Shown here one piece after another: positions 37,736-48,565 of a stretch of DNA of 64,000 nucleotides. Below the pieces are notes generated by a model. That model was not told the origin of the DNA, ran no database searches, and saw only the letters and a program-made list of their open reading frames with translations. This stretch comes from an uncultured virus (IMG/VR IMGVR_UViG_3300020048_000099) (taxonomy: Duplodnaviria; Heunggongvirae; Uroviricota; Caudoviricetes): IMG/VR virus record IMGVR_UViG_3300020048_000099, one strand, 5' to 3'. The position numbers and the translations under genes were made by a program. Position 1 is the stretch's first letter. Each line of letters opens with the position of its first letter.

Positions 37736-40252
37736 CTAACTTATTTGAACAGTTTTATTAAAACCAGTATTTTTAGATTCTGGCATATTGGCATCACAAA
37801 GTAAAATTATATCATTATTTTTAAAACTACCATACATTTCTTCATAGTGACTAATGATATATATTTGACTAAAGTTACTATTATTAGATATATTCTGTAT
37901 AAGATAATAGATATTACTTCTATGAGCTTTATCAAAAGATGCACCTAACTCATCTAGATATAATGGGGCGTCATGTAAACCTAAATATCTCATACTAACT
38001 ATTTTAAAAGCTAGATCTATAACTTCTTTCATAGCAGAACTAGCTTTAGTTATATCTGAAATAACCATGTAGTCATTTATTTTAACAGAAAATTTATAAT
38101 CTAATTCTAGACTATCGTTATCATCACTAGTAACAGGAATTAATTCTAAAGGATATAACCATATTTTCTTAATGAAATTATTTATCTGTCCAACAAATTG
38201 ATTTATAAATCCAGATAATCCTTTAGCTATTAAACCCTCCGTGGGAGATAACTCTTTTAATGCTAATTTTAATACATAAGCTTTCTCACTATGTTCTTCT
38301 AACTGTTTAGATAAGTTATCTACTAAAGCTTTTTGTATATCAATTTTAGATATTACTTGTTCTCTTTTACTTAATTCTAATTGTATAGTTTGAATAGTGG
38401 TATTTAGAGCAGTTACCCTAGCTATAGATAATAAAGTATTAAATTCTATACTTCTATTATTAATAGCTGTTTCAAGTTCATTTGTTAAATTTAATATACT
38501 TAAGCTAGTTTCTCTATAGAACCTAAGTTTAGATAAATGTGTTTTATCTACCTGTAAACGTTTATTTAAATTTAGTAACTCTTTATTTTGTGTTTCTAAA
38601 ATAGCTTCTATATTTTTAAAGTCTAGTTCTTTATTTTCAGATACTATCTTCTTTAATTTTTCACTATCCTTTAACTTAACATCTACACCATCTTGTTGTA
38701 ATAAAATTACTAAATCTCTTTTTAGATCATCTATAATAGATAATATCTGTCTTGGATTATTTAAGATGATACTATAGTTTTCAGAAGAATTTATAAGATA
38801 ATTCCATAGAGGGTCAAGTATAGGCCATGATCTAACTATATTTAAAAAACTTCTATAATGATCTATATATTCTTTAATTTTAACTAATTGATTTTCATAC
38901 TTTAAAACATCTTCTTTGCTAGATATTAAATCTTTAGTATTAGAATCTATAGCTAGGATTAGATCACTGTAAACTTTTTCACTATAGCCAGTGTGCCATA
39001 CATGTGAACATTTAGGACACTCAACTTTATTATGTTCTTTAAAATGTTCTAACTCTTTCTTTTTGTTAATTAACCTTATTTGTTTTTCATCTACTATAGA
39101 TAGTTTTTGAGTAGCTTGTTTTAAATTATCATTTATTAAATTAAAGTTTTCTTTACTATATTTACTATTTATATTAGGTTCTATACTAGTAGCTATCTCT
39201 ATTAAAATATCGTACAAAGAAAATAAAGCAGATTGTGCTTGCTTATTATCATTAAAGTGAAAATTAAATTTTATTTGTTTAGCTAATTTATTATACTCAT
39301 CTGAAAACTCATTAATAGTGCGGTCTATATCGTTTACAGAATCTAAATTTACTTTATTTAAAGCATCTAAAGTATTTTGATTATTCTGTATTTGTGTACA
39401 TAAAGACTCTATAGCTAAAGTTGTAGTTTGTATAGATGTTCTAGTATCTATAATAGATGTCTCTATATCACTTGTAGAACTAAATTTTTCTACATTTAAA
39501 AAGTCACTTCTAAATTTAATAAGTTGTTTAGTTATGTTTGATATCTGTTGTTCATAAAAATTAATTTTTTTATTTGTTTCTTCTGTAGTTACATATATTG
39601 GATTTTTAAGTTCTAATAATGTAGCTAATAATAGATTAAGTTCTACTATTTCTTTTTTATAGATCGCTTCTTCAGATTCTGTAAGTAGTTTTTCAGATTC
39701 TTGAATTAATCTAGTTTGATTAAGTTTAACAGCACCTTGTATATCTCGTAACTGTTCTTTAAGTCTATTAAAATATTGAACAGCATACGTGTAGTCTGAA
39801 TCAGATATATAAGTAAACCATTTTCTACGTTCAGAAACAGACATAGTATGAAATTTTAATATACCTAACATGAGTTCATGTATTTCTGTAGTTATATTAA
39901 ACTCTTTTCTAACTAGTTCTTTAAACATAGTAACTAAAGAACCAGAATATAATTCTATTTCATCTTTAATAAATACATAACTGTTTCCACTTCCGAATGT
40001 ATTTTTCAGTAAGTAATGACTATTATTATGAGTAAGCTCTATAATTTTATAACCATCTTTTAAAAATTCAGACGGAATACCAGGTAAAGGAGATAATTCT
40101 TTTAACAATGAAGACTTACCACTACCATTACTTCCGATCAATAATTGAATTTTATTTTCTGGTGTAATTTTAATATATTTAATATTGTTTAAAGCTAAAC
40201 GTTTATAGCCAGATAAAACAACACTTAGTATTTGCATGTTACGTAACTCCAA
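37736..40252 (-). CDS. sbcC: SbcC/Rad50-like SMC ATPase, phiKZ gp165-like
   Basis: Walker A GSNGSGKS, coiled coils, CPKC zinc hook, signature ASSAM, Walker B LYLDE, H-loop ISH. Confidence 0.9.
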   Translation of the reverse strand: MELRNMQILSVVLSGYKRLALNNIKYIKITPENKIQLLIGSNGSGKSSLLKELSPLPGIPSEFLKDGYKIIELTHNNSHYLLKNTFGSGNSYVFIKDEIELYSGSLVTMFKELVRKEFNITTEIHELMLGILKFHTMSVSERRKWFTYISDSDYTYAVQYFNRLKEQLRDIQGAVKLNQTRLIQESEKLLTESEEAIYKKEIVELNLLLATLLELKNPIYVTTEETNKKINFYEQQISNITKQLIKFRSDFLNVEKFSSTSDIETSIIDTRTSIQTTTLAIESLCTQIQNNQNTLDALNKVNLDSVNDIDRTINEFSDEYNKLAKQIKFNFHFNDNKQAQSALFSLYDILIEIATSIEPNINSKYSKENFNLINDNLKQATQKLSIVDEKQIRLINKKKELEHFKEHNKVECPKCSHVWHTGYSEKVYSDLILAIDSNTKDLISSKEDVLKYENQLVKIKEYIDHYRSFLNIVRSWPILDPLWNYLINSSENYSIILNNPRQILSIIDDLKRDLVILLQQDGVDVKLKDSEKLKKIVSENKELDFKNIEAILETQNKELLNLNKRLQVDKTHLSKLRFYRETSLSILNLTNELETAINNRSIEFNTLLSIARVTALNTTIQTIQLELSKREQVISKIDIQKALVDNLSKQLEEHSEKAYVLKLALKELSPTEGLIAKGLSGFINQFVGQINNFIKKIWLYPLELIPVTSDDNDSLELDYKFSVKINDYMVISDITKASSAMKEVIDLAFKIVSMRYLGLHDAPLYLDELGASFDKAHRSNIYYLIQNISNNSNFSQIYIISHYEEMYGSFKNNDIILLCDANMPESKNTGFNKTVQIS

Positions 40253-40312
40253 TTGTATCCATTTAATTACTGGTGGCTATAATATTTATCCTATTTAAAG
40301 AGAGAAAATTTA

Positions 40313-41260
40313 ATGAGCGCAGAAAGAGAAAGTAAACTTAAGTTATTTTCATTAGGCATAGTAATACATAATAAAGAAAGAAATTCTGATCTTATAAAAG
40401 TTACACCTATAGAGGAGCTAACTTTAGTATCTGGACTTATAGCTGATCAAAAATATAAATATGATGTTACTACAGAAGATCATAAAGGTACTACTAAATC
40501 AAATAAAGTAGAAGGAGATAACATACTTATAGCTAAATGGTTACCATTTGGTCATAGTAACAGAATGACTGCTCCAGATGTCATAAAAAATGAAACAGTA
40601 ATAATATTTAGATTTTCAGATACAGATGAGTATTTTTGGACAACTATAATGAGAGAGCCAAAAATACGTAGACTAGAGACAGTTAATTATAGTTATTGTA
40701 ATATACCTAAAGGTTTAGAACCATTTGACAAAGAAAGTAGTTATTGGATAGAGTATAGCACCCATGATAAATACATCCATTTACATACTTCAAAAAATGA
40801 TGGTGAACCTTTTACTTATGATGTAAAAATAGATACAGCTGCTGGAATAATAGATATCAAAGATGATGTTGGTAATTTTATAGAATTCAATAGTACTGAA
40901 GATACTCTAACAGCTAATATGAATAAGGAGATAAATCTCATAGCTCCAACTATAAATATATTAGCTAGTAAACAAGTAAATGTAAAAACTAATATTTTAG
41001 ATATAGAAGCTACTACTAACATAGATATGAATACATCTACTTTAAATATAGAAGCTACTTCTAGTACAAATATAAAATCAGGTGCAGTAAATATAGATAC
41101 TCCCATGACCACACATAGTGGCGATATTACAGCTGTAAATATATTTGTATCTAAGATTGTGGCCGGTGGAAGTACTATATCAACTAATGGTATAGGATTC
41201 AATAATAGTATTTCTGTAAATGGAACAGTTACCGCTAGTAATTATACTACCACTAATTAA
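40313..41260 (+). CDS. Baseplate central spike/tail tip protein, phiKZ gp164-like
   Basis: AKWLP...NRMTAPDV...E.V OB-fold-type region and a beta-helix-like repetitive C-terminus; divergent from SbcC. Confidence 0.7.
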   Translation: MSAERESKLKLFSLGIVIHNKERNSDLIKVTPIEELTLVSGLIADQKYKYDVTTEDHKGTTKSNKVEGDNILIAKWLPFGHSNRMTAPDVIKNETVIIFRFSDTDEYFWTTIMREPKIRRLETVNYSYCNIPKGLEPFDKESSYWIEYSTHDKYIHLHTSKNDGEPFTYDVKIDTAAGIIDIKDDVGNFIEFNSTEDTLTANMNKEINLIAPTINILASKQVNVKTNILDIEATTNIDMNTSTLNIEATSSTNIKSGAVNIDTPMTTHSGDITAVNIFVSKIVAGGSTISTNGIGFNNSISVNGTVTASNYTTTN

Positions 41261-41271
41261 AATAATAATAA

Positions 41272-41294
41272 GCATGTAGTGTTTAGCTATATGC
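41272..41294. terminator. Terminator hairpin, originally between convergent genes
   Basis: gcatgtagt/gctatatgc stem flanked by aataa and ttatt tracts. Confidence 0.6.
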
Positions 41295-41421
41295 GTATTA
41301 TTTTATCAATAAGAGCGTAAGACCCCTCCCTTAAGGAAGGGGATGTAAGTGATTATAAAGCGAAGGTATCTATAGTGTAGGCCTTCTCGTACTAACCCAC
41401 TAACCTTAGAAAGGAGAACTT

Positions 41422-42651
41422 ATGAATGTTAAAGGCTTTAAGTACCGTATATACCCGACTGACGAGCAAAAAGTTCTCCTAGCTCAAACCTTCGGGTCTT
41501 GTCGGTATGTCTACAACTACTGTCTTGATCGGTCTATCACTGCTTACCAGACGTATAAGGCTGATCTAGGCTCACTAGCTAAACCGCCAGGATCAGCGCT
41601 AGCTAAACCGCCAGGATCAGCGCTAGCTAAACCGTCAACTAACTATTACCAATTCGCTAAGTGGCTCAGTGAGCTCAAACAGATACCTGAGCATAGTTGG
41701 TTATACGATGTCTCGTCGGCCGCTCTACAGCAGTCTGTTAAGAGGTTAGATAAAGCCTTCTCAAGCTTCTTCAAACAGAAGGGCCGAGTAGGTTACCCCA
41801 AGTTCAGGTCTAGACATCAGCGGCAGTCAGCCACCCTACCTACTAGTGGCTTTAGGTTCCATGATAACCAGCTCTTCATAGCTAAATCTAAAGAGCCCAT
41901 CAGAGTAGTCTGGAGTCGTGATCTACCGTCTGAGCCGACTTCAGCTACTATAACCTTAACACAGTCTGGTCGATACTTCATTAGCTTCACCTGTGCCTAT
42001 CAGCCCGTCCCGACTAATGGGCAAGATATCATCGGTATAGACCTAGGTATCAAAACTCTAGCTACTATCAGCGATGGTGGCACTATCGCTAACCCTAGAC
42101 ACTATGTGAAGTCTCAGTTTAAACTGCGCAAGCTTCAGAGACAACACAGCCATCATAAGAAAGGATCAGCCAATCGTAACTACTCAAGACTTAAACTAGC
42201 TAAGCTCCATGAGCATATAGCTAACCAAAGACAAGACTATCTACATAAGTTAACCTCTAAGCTGGTAAGCGAAAACCAAGCTATCTGCATAGAAGATCTA
42301 AATGTGGCCGGCATGTCTAAGAACCATAACCTAGCTAAACATATCTTAGATGCTAGCTTCGGCACCTTCCGACAACTCTTGACTTATAAAGTCTTAGACT
42401 CGTCCTGGTGTAGGGTGCTCATAGCTGACAGATACTACCCATCTACTCAGCTATGCAGCAACTGTGGTACTAAGCCCACACTTAAAATAAAGCTAGGTAT
42501 AGATAAGTGGGTATGTCAGAACTGCCAGACCACTCATGGCAGGGATGACAACGCTAGCCGTAACCTACTCAGTCTAGCTATCGCTAGTACAGCTAAGTGG
42601 CTAGACTTCCCGGGTCATATAGTCTTACTACCTAGGTACGAGACTATATAA
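41422..42651 (+). CDS. tnpB: RNA-guided endonuclease TnpB
   Basis: KYRIYPT..Q HTH; RuvC triad GIDLG / IEDL / RDDNA; zinc finger CSNC...CQNC; AAGGAG RBS. Confidence 0.95.
   Translation: MNVKGFKYRIYPTDEQKVLLAQTFGSCRYVYNYCLDRSITAYQTYKADLGSLAKPPGSALAKPPGSALAKPSTNYYQFAKWLSELKQIPEHSWLYDVSSAALQQSVKRLDKAFSSFFKQKGRVGYPKFRSRHQRQSATLPTSGFRFHDNQLFIAKSKEPIRVVWSRDLPSEPTSATITLTQSGRYFISFTCAYQPVPTNGQDIIGIDLGIKTLATISDGGTIANPRHYVKSQFKLRKLQRQHSHHKKGSANRNYSRLKLAKLHEHIANQRQDYLHKLTSKLVSENQAICIEDLNVAGMSKNHNLAKHILDASFGTFRQLLTYKVLDSSWCRVLIADRYYPSTQLCSNCGTKPTLKIKLGIDKWVCQNCQTTHGRDDNASRNLLSLAIASTAKWLDFPGHIVLLPRYETI
41575..41634 (+). repeat. 24-nt tandem repeat in tnpB (about 2.5 copies, LAKPPGSA)
   Basis: ctagctaaaccgccaggatcagcg repeated. 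Confidence 0.9.
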
Positions 42652-42659
42652 CCATGAAC

Positions 42660-42808
42660 AAACTACTGCAGGACTTGCAGAAAGTTACGCCTGTGGAGGC
42701 CAAGGTGCAATAATGCCAGCCTATGAAGCAGGAAAAGCCTTGAGGCGACTTAAGGAATCCCCTTCCTTCAGGTAGGGGTGGATGTCAATAAATATTAAAA
42801 CCACATAT
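42660..42808 (+). ncRNA. Predicted TnpB omega-RNA (reRNA) scaffold plus flanking guide
   Basis: ctgcaggacttgcagaaagttacgcctgtggag...atgaagcaggaa...gaatcccc...ggggtggatgtcaa architecture; the guide would be taaatattaaaaccacatat; boundaries are approximate. Confidence 0.7.
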
Positions 42809-44032
42809 TTCTAATAGATGACCTCTACTACTGGTCTGTGGCCTATCAGGAACTAAATTACCATTAACATTAATATATCTATCAGTTGGTTGTTGGCTTA
42901 TAATATATCTTTTTAAAAAATTATCTTGTACAGTAACACACCATTGACCATTTTCATGAACTTTCCAATATTCAGCCATTCTACCATAGCTAACATATAA
43001 TGGATAAATAGGATCACTATATGAAATAAACATACCTGGTACATTACTATGTCTAATAAATAGTTTTCTATTAGTTAGGTAAGGTATATTAACACTAACT
43101 AAAAAGCTCTGTGACATAGTCAAATATTTTTTAATTACTTCATCACTCCAAGCTTGCTGTAAATTAATAGATTCAGTATTTAACTCTAAATTACTTAATC
43201 CTAATTCTCTTAGGTTTAAAAAGTTATTAGATTCAAATAATCGTTCTAGATATGGTAATTGTTTTATATCTAAAGTAAATGTCTTTTCACCACTTTTCCA
43301 AAAGACATTGTTTTCAGGAAATACTATATAACCACCTAATATTAAGAAACAGCTTTTGTTTTCTAAGTCTTCATCAACAATAAAAATAATTTTATTTTTT
43401 AATGTAGAGTCAGGTGCTTCTTTAAAAATATTGTTTAAACTTATAGGTATTTTTTTTAAACTACCTATATTTAAAAAGCTTAATATACCAACATGATTAA
43501 ATTTACTTCTATACATAGTATCGCCACCATTATGTATATATGTTTTACCATCTAAAGTACTAGTCATGTGGTAATAACCATTAACAGACAACAAACAATA
43601 TTTATGTAAATCTGCTAAACTAGTTTTATATTTAGGTCTAGTTAAAACTAAATCAGATAATCCAGTAGTAGGTATACCATCTATATTTAAAGCACCTATT
43701 TTAGTTAGATTAATTTTATATTCGCTACGAACAGCATCAGAATAAGTTGCATATTTAAGTTCCATAACAGGTAATGAATCTACAGTTTCTATTGTATTAT
43801 TACCTATTGTAACTAATAACTCATTTAATGTACCTCTATAGCCGGCATATAGTAATCTAAGACTATCTACATTAACATAAATATCACCACTAATAACTGG
43901 ATTAGTTAGAACTAAAAATACTTTATAATAATCAGAAAATACATTAGTCATAGATACAGTGGAGAGATTAATTTCTTCCCAATGTGACCCTATAATAATA
44001 GATAAACCGTACGATTTTTTAAATGTATACAT
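42785..44032 (-). CDS. Conserved phiKZ-like virion structural protein
   Basis: 415 aa; CLLSVNGYYH, VGILSF..IG, LILGGY and YLTMSQSF motifs; the stop codon is supplied by the IS right end. Confidence 0.65.
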   Translation of the reverse strand: MYTFKKSYGLSIIIGSHWEEINLSTVSMTNVFSDYYKVFLVLTNPVISGDIYVNVDSLRLLYAGYRGTLNELLVTIGNNTIETVDSLPVMELKYATYSDAVRSEYKINLTKIGALNIDGIPTTGLSDLVLTRPKYKTSLADLHKYCLLSVNGYYHMTSTLDGKTYIHNGGDTMYRSKFNHVGILSFLNIGSLKKIPISLNNIFKEAPDSTLKNKIIFIVDEDLENKSCFLILGGYIVFPENNVFWKSGEKTFTLDIKQLPYLERLFESNNFLNLRELGLSNLELNTESINLQQAWSDEVIKKYLTMSQSFLVSVNIPYLTNRKLFIRHSNVPGMFISYSDPIYPLYVSYGRMAEYWKVHENGQWCVTVQDNFLKRYIISQQPTDRYINVNGNLVPDRPQTSSRGHLLEICGFNIY

Positions 44033-44109
44033 TTATTTTCCAGTAAAAAAAACTTGTAGTATCTTATGGTAAGATACCGCTCACATGATAACATTTAGAT
44101 AGGACTTAT

Positions 44110-46122
44110 ATGTCAGACCCAACATTAGACCAAATTACTTTACGTTTAGATATTTACGGTACAGATATTTCAAATAAAATAGTAGATGAGATACATACTC
44201 TAACGTCAATAAATGATAATACCTACCATATCCTTATACCTAAATTTGCACCATTTTATCTAGAAAATTTAGTTGTAAAACATATTGTAGGCGCACAAAT
44301 TAATACACTTGTTCATAATGTAGATTATTATGCAGTTCTTCCATATGTAGGAGCTACTAGATCTGTAGGTAAATTATTAGTTGGTGGTATATCTATTATA
44401 AATGACGCTATTACTAGTGGAACTATATTAGTAACATATCAAGCATTAGGTGGAGTATGGGTTGCTGATAGTGCTGAAGTTCTAAGAGTATTAGCTGAAC
44501 GTGCTTATAATCCAAAAACAACTATTTGGGATATAATTACTAATAAACCTAACGCATTTCCTCCTACGTCACATGATCTAAGTTTAAGTCATGTAAATGG
44601 GTATAGCGAAATTATAGCTGCAGTTAATAGATTATCTGATTCCATACTTAATACAGCTAATGAAACAGCATTAGCTATTAATCATTTAACAGATACTAAT
44701 AATCCTCATAATTTAACAAAAGCTAAGTTAGGATTATCAAATGTAGAAAATAAACATACAGCTACAGATGTAGAAGTAACTAATAGAATAGCTGCTGATA
44801 AGTATATTACACTTAGACAAAGTATTAATTTAATAAATGGTTATGGCGGTTCTATTACTGGAACTGGCGCTATTACTTCAGTAACTGCTTCAGCCCCTTT
44901 AGTATCGTCAGGTGGAGTATCGCCTATTATTTCTATGCCAGCTGTCTCAGCGTCAACAGCTGGCTATATGACAATCGACCAATTTAATAAACTATCTAGT
45001 TTAGAGAATTATAACCATCCAAATGTACAACACATACCAACTGGCGGTACATCTAATCAAGTATTAAAAAGCAATGATAGTGGAGTAGCTTCATGGGTGG
45101 ATGATTCAGGTAGCACATACGATCATCCACCTGTTAATCATATACCAACAGGTGGTGCAATTGGCCAAGTATTAAAAAATACTGCTTCAGGAACTGCGTC
45201 ATGGGTTAATGACGACATTAGTGGTTCTAACTTAGTTAAGAAGTTTTTATTTGCAGATAATGATAAGGGTGGTTGGAGTTCTGGTATAGCATATGGCTTA
45301 GGTAGAGATGGTTTAGGAACTTTACGTATTACTACAAGAAATACCACTGAAGATAACAATAAGTTTGTTGTTAAACCAAATGAAATATTATATATCTCAT
45401 GTGATGTTAGTACATACGACAGAACGTCAACTGGAAAATTTGGATTATTATTCTTTGATAAGAATAATAGCTATATGGATCCAATCAATACTACAGCAGA
45501 GAGAACCGATGCACGTTATGGCGCATCTTATATTAGTGGAACAGCATTTTATCGTATAGTTGGTTCTGTTGTAGTACCTAGTTGGGCCATTAAAGCCGTC
45601 CCATGGATATTTGTCGATATTGCAGCAGATCTTCCTGTAGATGATTATGTTTCATTTACTAGATTATATATAAGTCGCCATGAGGAAGGTGCTACAAAGG
45701 GTGCTACTTGGGATAGCAATATAATAGGTCAGCCTGATTTTGGAACTGGAGCTGGAGATTTTGCTGAAGGTAATCATACGCATACTAACTTAGTGCCAAC
45801 AGGTGGAAATAATGGTGATGTACTGCAACGTGGTACTGGGAACACACTTACATGGGGAACTGTAACTAGTGGTAGTTCATACAGTCATCCACCTCTTAAT
45901 CATATACCAACAGATGGATCTACTGGCCAGATATTAAAATGGGATTCTAGCGGTACAGCTAAATGGGAAACTGAATACTCATATACTCATCCAGATACCG
46001 ACGGCACTAAACACTTACCAATAAATCCTATAGCAAATAAAATATTAAAATGCAATGCATCTGGTACACCTGAATGGGCTAATGAACCTACAATTACACT
46101 ACCAGCATTTAGTGCATTTTAA
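44110..46122 (+). CDS. Tail fibre protein
   Basis: Jumbo-phage fibre N-terminus (PKFAPFY, YQALGG, W..I.NKP..FPP..H), NPH.LTK..LGL.NV repeat, about five HP..HIPTGG..GQVLK...GTA.W repeats and a putative carbohydrate-binding insert. Confidence 0.8.
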   Translation: MSDPTLDQITLRLDIYGTDISNKIVDEIHTLTSINDNTYHILIPKFAPFYLENLVVKHIVGAQINTLVHNVDYYAVLPYVGATRSVGKLLVGGISIINDAITSGTILVTYQALGGVWVADSAEVLRVLAERAYNPKTTIWDIITNKPNAFPPTSHDLSLSHVNGYSEIIAAVNRLSDSILNTANETALAINHLTDTNNPHNLTKAKLGLSNVENKHTATDVEVTNRIAADKYITLRQSINLINGYGGSITGTGAITSVTASAPLVSSGGVSPIISMPAVSASTAGYMTIDQFNKLSSLENYNHPNVQHIPTGGTSNQVLKSNDSGVASWVDDSGSTYDHPPVNHIPTGGAIGQVLKNTASGTASWVNDDISGSNLVKKFLFADNDKGGWSSGIAYGLGRDGLGTLRITTRNTTEDNNKFVVKPNEILYISCDVSTYDRTSTGKFGLLFFDKNNSYMDPINTTAERTDARYGASYISGTAFYRIVGSVVVPSWAIKAVPWIFVDIAADLPVDDYVSFTRLYISRHEEGATKGATWDSNIIGQPDFGTGAGDFAEGNHTHTNLVPTGGNNGDVLQRGTGNTLTWGTVTSGSSYSHPPLNHIPTDGSTGQILKWDSSGTAKWETEYSYTHPDTDGTKHLPINPIANKILKCNASGTPEWANEPTITLPAFSAF

Positions 46123-46182
46123 TTTTTTTGTAATTCATTCATTCTTTTTCATAAACGCATTTTTAAAATTAAGGAATATATA

Positions 46183-46542
46183 ATGCCATCAGGAATAAAA
46201 GCATTTTCAGTAGATTTAATCACAACTCAACAAGCAACTAATATATATCAAACACCAATAGGAAAAGTAGCAAAAGTAATAGTTAGTAGTTTATTTATGC
46301 AGGCTGGAACACTTGGTGGTTCTTCTGGTATTTTTATGATTGGTCCTGATTTATTTATTGTTAGTGCTGGCCAAAATAAAGATTTTCTTATATCAGAATC
46401 AGATATTGACGGTATATTTTATAGATCACATTTGCCACCTTGGGAATTTTATTTACCAGCTGGAGATAGTATTAAATTTCAATCAACTAATTCAGCTGCC
46501 TGCCGTTCTTTAATTTGCGTAATAGAGGAAAATATATCATGA
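46183..46542 (+). CDS. Small tail-fibre-associated beta-rich protein
   Basis: 119 aa, AAGGA RBS, directly after the fibre gene. Confidence 0.6.
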   Translation: MPSGIKAFSVDLITTQQATNIYQTPIGKVAKVIVSSLFMQAGTLGGSSGIFMIGPDLFIVSAGQNKDFLISESDIDGIFYRSHLPPWEFYLPAGDSIKFQSTNSAACRSLICVIEENIS

Positions 46543-46973
46543 GAATATTATTAATAGATGTAGATACAGTTGTAGGAACAATTAGAGGTTCTACTTTAAA
46601 AGAAGTATCTGCTAATAATCCAAATTTAATAGTCATAGAAGATACATTTGGTATAGAAAAAATTATTGGAATGAAATTAATTAATGGTGTTTTAAGTGGA
46701 GAACCATATCCTACACCAGAAGCTCCATCGAGAGTTCCATCTTCTGTAACAATGAGACAAGCTCGTTTAGTTTTATTAGAAAGAAATCTTTTAGTAACGG
46801 TTAATGATTCTATCAAAGCTATGGAAGGTCCGGTAGGAGAAAAAGCTAGAATTGAATGGGAATTCGCTACTAGAGTTATTCGTGATTCTGAATTAGTTTC
46901 AATTATTTCAGCAATACTTGATTTAAATAATGAACAATTAGATGATTTATTTATTACCGCGAATAAACTCTAA
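46539..46973 (+). CDS. Tail-fibre-associated (chaperone-like) protein
   Basis: VTMRQARL.L...IEWEFA...R...LDDLF..A motif, common next to fibre genes; start moved to the ATG at 46539 (GAGG RBS, ATGA overlap). Confidence 0.65.
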   Translation: MRILLIDVDTVVGTIRGSTLKEVSANNPNLIVIEDTFGIEKIIGMKLINGVLSGEPYPTPEAPSRVPSSVTMRQARLVLLERNLLVTVNDSIKAMEGPVGEKARIEWEFATRVIRDSELVSIISAILDLNNEQLDDLFITANKL

Positions 46974-46988
46974 TAATAATTAACATGT

Positions 46989-47031
46989 TATATCCGTATA
47001 TTAGTTAAAGGATTATTAATATACGGATATA
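46989..47031 (+). terminator. Hairpin
   Basis: 15-bp stem tatatccgtatatta/taatatacggatata. Confidence 0.6.
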
Positions 47032-47064
47032 GTTTAAGAATACTATACTTTAAAAGGTACTAAT

Positions 47065-48555
47065 ATGCCATCTCCAACTATTTATGATTTGGATGAAACA
47101 GGAACAATAAATAGAATATCGAATGAAGTACATGATTTAAATACTAATAACTTACCCATTAGAGCTATTTCAGCAAATTATGGTCCATTTTTTACAAATA
47201 CACTTACAGTTAAAAAAGTAGTGGGTGGGATTTCTACTCTTTTAACTAAAAATATTGATTATTTAGTTGTAGATTTATTACAAGAAGCTACTCAACGTAT
47301 CGGTAAAGAAATAGCTCAAGTTATACTTATAATCAATACGGCAGTTGTTAAAGTCAAGATAGATTACAATATCTTAGGTGGATCATATCAAAATGATGCT
47401 TCAGCAATAGCTGAAATGTATGAAGAAGTAATATCAAATAATCAAGCAGTTGATTGGACTGAGATACTTAATAAACCAGCTATTTATAATCCTTCCACAC
47501 ATAATCATTTAGTGGAAGATATATTTGGTTTTGAACCTATTACAGCTGCTTTAAATTGTACTACTGATACTATATTAGCTACAACTACACCATCATTTCA
47601 AGCTATTATAAAATGGTTAAGAGAGATAACTCCATTTACTCCATCTATAGCCAGTATAGTTTATGATGAAAGAGATGTAATTGCAACTATTACTTCTAGT
47701 ACTATAAGTGGATCTGTATCTGAATTAAACTATTGTGAATGGGAAGTTGATGGTGTAATAGATACTGTAACTAAAGGTTATATTAAAGTAATGCCTATCG
47801 TTAAAGATAGAGTATATAATGTAACTGTAAAGCATGTTAATATACTAGGTATGAGTAGTCCTAAAAGCACACCTAGATCAGTATTTTTATCTCAGGTTGA
47901 AATAGTTACAGTTATAGGTGAACAAGGTCCAGCTGGACCTATAGGTCCTATAGGTCCAATTGGTGCCACTGGGCCGGCTGGTCCAATTGGTGCCACTGGG
48001 CCGGCTGGTCCAATAGGACCGGCTGGTCCAGCTGGAACTGGCGATGGAACAGGGATACCTGGTCCAACTGGCCCTGCTGGTCCAATAGGTCCAACTGGCG
48101 CTACTGGTCCAATAGGTCCAATAGGTCCAACTGGCGCTACTGGTCCAATAGGTCCAATAGGTCCAACTGGCGCTACTGGTTCACAAGGACCAAATGGGGC
48201 TACTGGCGCCACTGGATTAACTGGTCCAACGGGTCCTGCTGGCGCAACCGGAGCTCAAGGTCCGGCTGGAACAGCAGCATCACTTCTTGTAGAAGCTTAT
48301 GGTATTGGTTCCTGGGGTATTATTTCTATTGCAGCAAATCCTGGAGGTACTACTGTTGCTTCGCCAGGAGACACGGTAACTGCTAGTACATATGGTACTG
48401 GCAGCGTTAATCTTACTAACTTTAGGTACATCTCATCATTTTTACCGGGACCAGGAGGAGAACTTAATGGTTCATGGAAGTTACACGGTGGTTGTAATGG
48501 CTGGAGTCAAATAAATGATGATTTGTTTTATATAATGGCTCAAAGAATAGCTTAA
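47065..48555 (+). CDS. Collagen-repeat tail fibre
   Basis: Fibre N-terminal domain, one FN3/Ig-like unit, about 38 Gly-X-Y triplets, and a C-terminal tip ending G.WK..G...QRIA. Confidence 0.82.
   Translation: MPSPTIYDLDETGTINRISNEVHDLNTNNLPIRAISANYGPFFTNTLTVKKVVGGISTLLTKNIDYLVVDLLQEATQRIGKEIAQVILIINTAVVKVKIDYNILGGSYQNDASAIAEMYEEVISNNQAVDWTEILNKPAIYNPSTHNHLVEDIFGFEPITAALNCTTDTILATTTPSFQAIIKWLREITPFTPSIASIVYDERDVIATITSSTISGSVSELNYCEWEVDGVIDTVTKGYIKVMPIVKDRVYNVTVKHVNILGMSSPKSTPRSVFLSQVEIVTVIGEQGPAGPIGPIGPIGATGPAGPIGATGPAGPIGPAGPAGTGDGTGIPGPTGPAGPIGPTGATGPIGPIGPTGATGPIGPIGPTGATGSQGPNGATGATGLTGPTGPAGATGAQGPAGTAASLLVEAYGIGSWGIISIAANPGGTTVASPGDTVTASTYGTGSVNLTNFRYISSFLPGPGGELNGSWKLHGGCNGWSQINDDLFYIMAQRIA
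47917..48276 (+). repeat. Collagen-like (Gly-X-Y)n region
   Basis: [12 protein letters not shown] triplets with exact nucleotide sub-repeats. Confidence 0.95.
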
Positions 48556-48565
48556 GGAGAACTAT

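Larger units (their letters stand above)
41307..42788 (+). mobile_element. IS200/IS605-family TnpB-only (IS1341-like) element
   Basis: TTTAT target at 41302-41306; left-end hairpin cccctccc-ttaa-ggaagggg; right-end GAAT + hairpin + TCAA; higher GC than the flanks; no tnpA. Confidence 0.85.

Noticed and set aside
1100..44075. TATG late-promoter motifs upstream of structural genes (e.g. near 1113, 3525, 32471, 44066)
   Set aside because: Plausible by analogy with phiKZ, but a 4-mer in AT-rich DNA cannot be supported without TSS data.
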